DNA of 17,831 bases, from assembly GCA_037137755.1 (NCBI GenBank), contig JBAXJR010000045.1, positions 1-17,831 on the forward strand. The letters run 5' to 3'. Shown one piece after another: positions 15,411 to 17,831 of this stretch (position 1 is the first letter of the stretch; each line of letters begins with the position of its first letter). Under the pieces are notes generated by a model. It saw nothing but the letters and a program-made list of their open reading frames with translations. It made no database searches and had not been told where the DNA came from. Origin of the DNA: Methanomicrobiales archaeon (lineage in GTDB: Archaea > Halobacteriota > Methanomicrobia > Methanomicrobiales > Methanospirillaceae). Made by a program: the position numbers and the translations under genes.

Positions 15411-16259
15411 ATGAAAGAGACCGGTGAGGATCAGGAAAAAGCCTCAATTTTTGAAAAATTCAAAAATAGTGACAATAAAGTCGTGTCAATACTACGTGAG
15501 TTCCTGTGGGTAATAATTGTAGTCGGCGCAATAGCTGCGCTCTTATTTGCAGTCAGCGGGACCTGGCCAGCGGTGGTTACGATAGAGTCCGAGAGCATGG
15601 TACCGCATATGAATGTCGGGGACCTCGTGTTCGTGGTCCAGGAAGACAGGTTTGGTCAGCTGCAGTCGTGGACCGAAGGAAAAGATACGGGATATACCAA
15701 ATTCGGGGACAATGGGGATGTGATTATCTACAACCCGAACGGTGGAACCTCGTCCCCGATACCGTTCATCGGGGGTGCGCATCCGATTATTCACCGCGCG
15801 ATGGTGTATGAGGAACCGGGCAGCACACTGGTCGCCTATGTCAATCCCAGTGGCGGGAAACACACGCCAACAACGTACATCCCGATAACGAAGGACAATT
15901 TCACCGCACAGGGTTCTATCATCCCCTCCCCTGACTCGGACATCGGGTTTATTGTCCCTCTGAACAGCACGGATATCCATGGCGGCTATATCACGAAAGG
16001 GGATAATAACTGGAGAAGTGACCAGGGTTCAGGGCTTTCGCATTACACCAGTCTTGGGGCAATCGAGCCGGTAAAACCGGAATGGATCGTTGGTAAAGCA
16101 CTCTTTACCGTTCCTCTTGTCGGGTACCTGCCGCTAAATATTATCCCGGTTGCAATCATCATCATCCTGTTAATCGTCCTCCACGAGTGGTACCTGCGGA
16201 GATCGGAAAACTCAAAAAACCAGGGCAAAAAGGGTAAAAAACCCAGTAAAAAGAAATGA
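15411..16259 (+). CDS. Signal peptidase I (S26, Sec11-like)
   Basis: N-terminal TM helix, ESESMVP (catalytic Ser), PIIHR (His), TKGDNN..D, C-terminal TM helix and basic tail. Confidence 0.92.
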   Translation: MKETGEDQEKASIFEKFKNSDNKVVSILREFLWVIIVVGAIAALLFAVSGTWPAVVTIESESMVPHMNVGDLVFVVQEDRFGQLQSWTEGKDTGYTKFGDNGDVIIYNPNGGTSSPIPFIGGAHPIIHRAMVYEEPGSTLVAYVNPSGGKHTPTTYIPITKDNFTAQGSIIPSPDSDIGFIVPLNSTDIHGGYITKGDNNWRSDQGSGLSHYTSLGAIEPVKPEWIVGKALFTVPLVGYLPLNIIPVAIIIILLIVLHEWYLRRSENSKNQGKKGKKPSKKK

Positions 16260-16269
16260 TTATCTGGGG

Positions 16270-17358
16270 GTGAAAATGGACCTGGGCCGGTTGCTGGACA
16301 ATATCAGGGGGGGGTACCGCATGACAGAGCAGGAAGCGGCCTCTCTTCTAAATACCCGCGGCCGTGAGGTATTTTCCATCCTTGCTGCCGCAGACGACAT
16401 GCGGGAGAAAAAGGCCGGCAATATCATCACGTACGTGCGTAACCAGAATATCCATGTCACGAATATCTGTAAAAATCTCTGCGGTTTTTGTGGGTTCGGG
16501 AAAAGCGCGGATGATGAGGGGGCATACTGCAATGACCGGGAGGAGATCGAAAAGAAGGTGGCGCTTGCAGTGGAGCGGAAGGTCACTGAAATTTGTCTTC
16601 TTTCCGGGGTCCACCCGGATTTCACCATAGAGTCGTACGAGGAGGTCCTCGACTGGGTCACCCGGGCTGCCCCGGGAGTCCACATACACGCGTTCAGCCC
16701 GGACGAGGTAGCCCATGCGTCAGAGAGGAGTGGACTCAGTACTATCGAGGTACTTGAGCGGTTACAAAAAGCGGGATTAGGTTCACTCCAGGGGACCGCC
16801 GCAGAAATCCTTGTCGATGATGTGCGGTCGGTGATCTGTCCGAATAAACTCAATACCCATGATTGGAAAAAGATTATCCGGGAAGCTCACAGGATGAAGA
16901 TCCCAACGACAGCAACCATCATGTACGGTTCCTATGAAAACGCCCCGGAACGTGCGAAACACCTATCCATTCTCCGCGAAATTCAGGATGAGACGCGGGG
17001 ATTCACGGAACTGGTCCCGTTAACGTATATTCATACCGGCACCCCCCTCTACCAGCAGGGTATTGCCCGTGCTGGTGCGACCGGCATCGAAGATATCCTC
17101 CTGGTTGCAGTCTCGCGCCTGTTTCTTGATAATTTTAAAAATATCCAGGTCTCGTGGGGAAAGCTTGGACTAAAGATGAGTGAACTTTCCCTGGCATCGG
17201 GTGCGAATGACTTCGCAGGGACGATGTTCGCGGATGATGTATCAAGAGACGCCGGTGCGGAGTGTGCCGAATACCTTGAGCCGGTTGTAATGGAGCGGAT
17301 AGCAAAGGACCTCGGGCGCCCGCTCCGCCAGAGGACGACCCTGTATAATCTTTTGTGA
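16270..17358 (+). CDS. cofH: FO synthase subunit 2 (radical SAM; F420 biosynthesis)
   Basis: ITYVRNQNI..TNICKNLCGFCGF radical SAM motif, GTAAEIL, TATIMYG and NIQVSW. Start is GTG 16270 or ATG 16276. Confidence 0.9.
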   Translation: MKMDLGRLLDNIRGGYRMTEQEAASLLNTRGREVFSILAAADDMREKKAGNIITYVRNQNIHVTNICKNLCGFCGFGKSADDEGAYCNDREEIEKKVALAVERKVTEICLLSGVHPDFTIESYEEVLDWVTRAAPGVHIHAFSPDEVAHASERSGLSTIEVLERLQKAGLGSLQGTAAEILVDDVRSVICPNKLNTHDWKKIIREAHRMKIPTTATIMYGSYENAPERAKHLSILREIQDETRGFTELVPLTYIHTGTPLYQQGIARAGATGIEDILLVAVSRLFLDNFKNIQVSWGKLGLKMSELSLASGANDFAGTMFADDVSRDAGAECAEYLEPVVMERIAKDLGRPLRQRTTLYNLL

Positions 17359-17408
17359 GCAGATTTTTTTAATAGAAAATCTATTCTCTGATATATTAGA
17401 CCAACTTT

Positions 17409-17711
17409 TCAGGAAAGCAGGTCTAAAGCTGCCTTTCCGGTCATACCCGTTGTGATACCAAGCTGCTGGGCCGCAGCGTTTGCTTCTTTGATCTCTCCGA
17501 AAAGAAGGTCAGTAATGTTTACAATTGACGGGCCGGTTAGCGGTCGGACTTTTGCTGCCGGGTATGCAAAATTATTGAGTGCCGATACATCAAAGGCACC
17601 ACACCCCACCAAACCCTTCCTGGCCACGACTCCGACAAGGTTGATAGTGCCAAGAGGAATAACAAACCCTTTTCCATCTGAATGTTTGAGCGAAATGGTT
17701 TCTTCGATCAT
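17409..17711 (-). CDS. YunC / DUF1805 family protein
   Basis: KGLVGCGAFDVSAL...PAAKV...DLL...AQQLGITTGMTGKAAL matches the family pattern. Confidence 0.8.
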   Translation of the reverse strand: MIEETISLKHSDGKGFVIPLGTINLVGVVARKGLVGCGAFDVSALNNFAYPAAKVRPLTGPSIVNITDLLFGEIKEANAAAQQLGITTGMTGKAALDLLS

Positions 17712-17831
17712 GCGTGTTCGTATGAAATGTTGGTGCTAAATGCCGATAAGCATTCAGGAACAATGCCCTACATCATGAGACTCTCCAATTAGAAAGTCCT
17801 GAGTAAAAATCTTTCCCCCATTTTCAGAAGT

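Noticed and set aside
4451-16853. Long antisense or alternate-frame ORFs (for example 4451-5023, 5510-6184, 7780-8310, 11547-11999, 12036-12494, 16260-16853)
   Set aside because: Shadows of well-supported genes on the opposite strand, with no recognisable motifs.

Overview
Archaeal window, most likely a Methanomicrobiales-type methanogen (inferred from PolD DP1, CofH, RPA/RPAP and GGTGA/GGAGGTG ribosome-binding sites). Bases 1 to about 11.2 kb are the right part of an integrated mobile element whose left end lies outside the window. It holds a tyrosine integrase, a divergent RHH/wHTH regulator pair, and a fully translationally coupled minus-strand replication operon (RHH, hypothetical, RPA, RPA-associated OB protein, small Cys-rich ORF, Prim-Pol/zinc-finger/PriCT/P-loop fusion, DUF2637-like membrane protein, small ORF). 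It also has a cassette of six small genes that includes a DUF6573-like protein and an excisionase-like HTH. The most striking feature is non-coding: that cassette is bracketed by about 0.5 kb imperfect inverted repeats (about 123-600 and 2630-3189) with a 183-bp identical core. The repeats are full of GNA-triloop hairpins and carry a covarying stem/internal-loop motif (TCGGAGAC-hairpin-GGCAGT) found three times, on both strands. I read these as candidate structured ssDNA elements (priming or origin signals) or ncRNAs, and possibly the ends of an invertible segment. From 11.5 kb on the window is ordinary host DNA: hppA, PolD small subunit, signal peptidase I, cofH and a YunC/DUF1805 protein. 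Family assignments come from motif recognition, not database searches.
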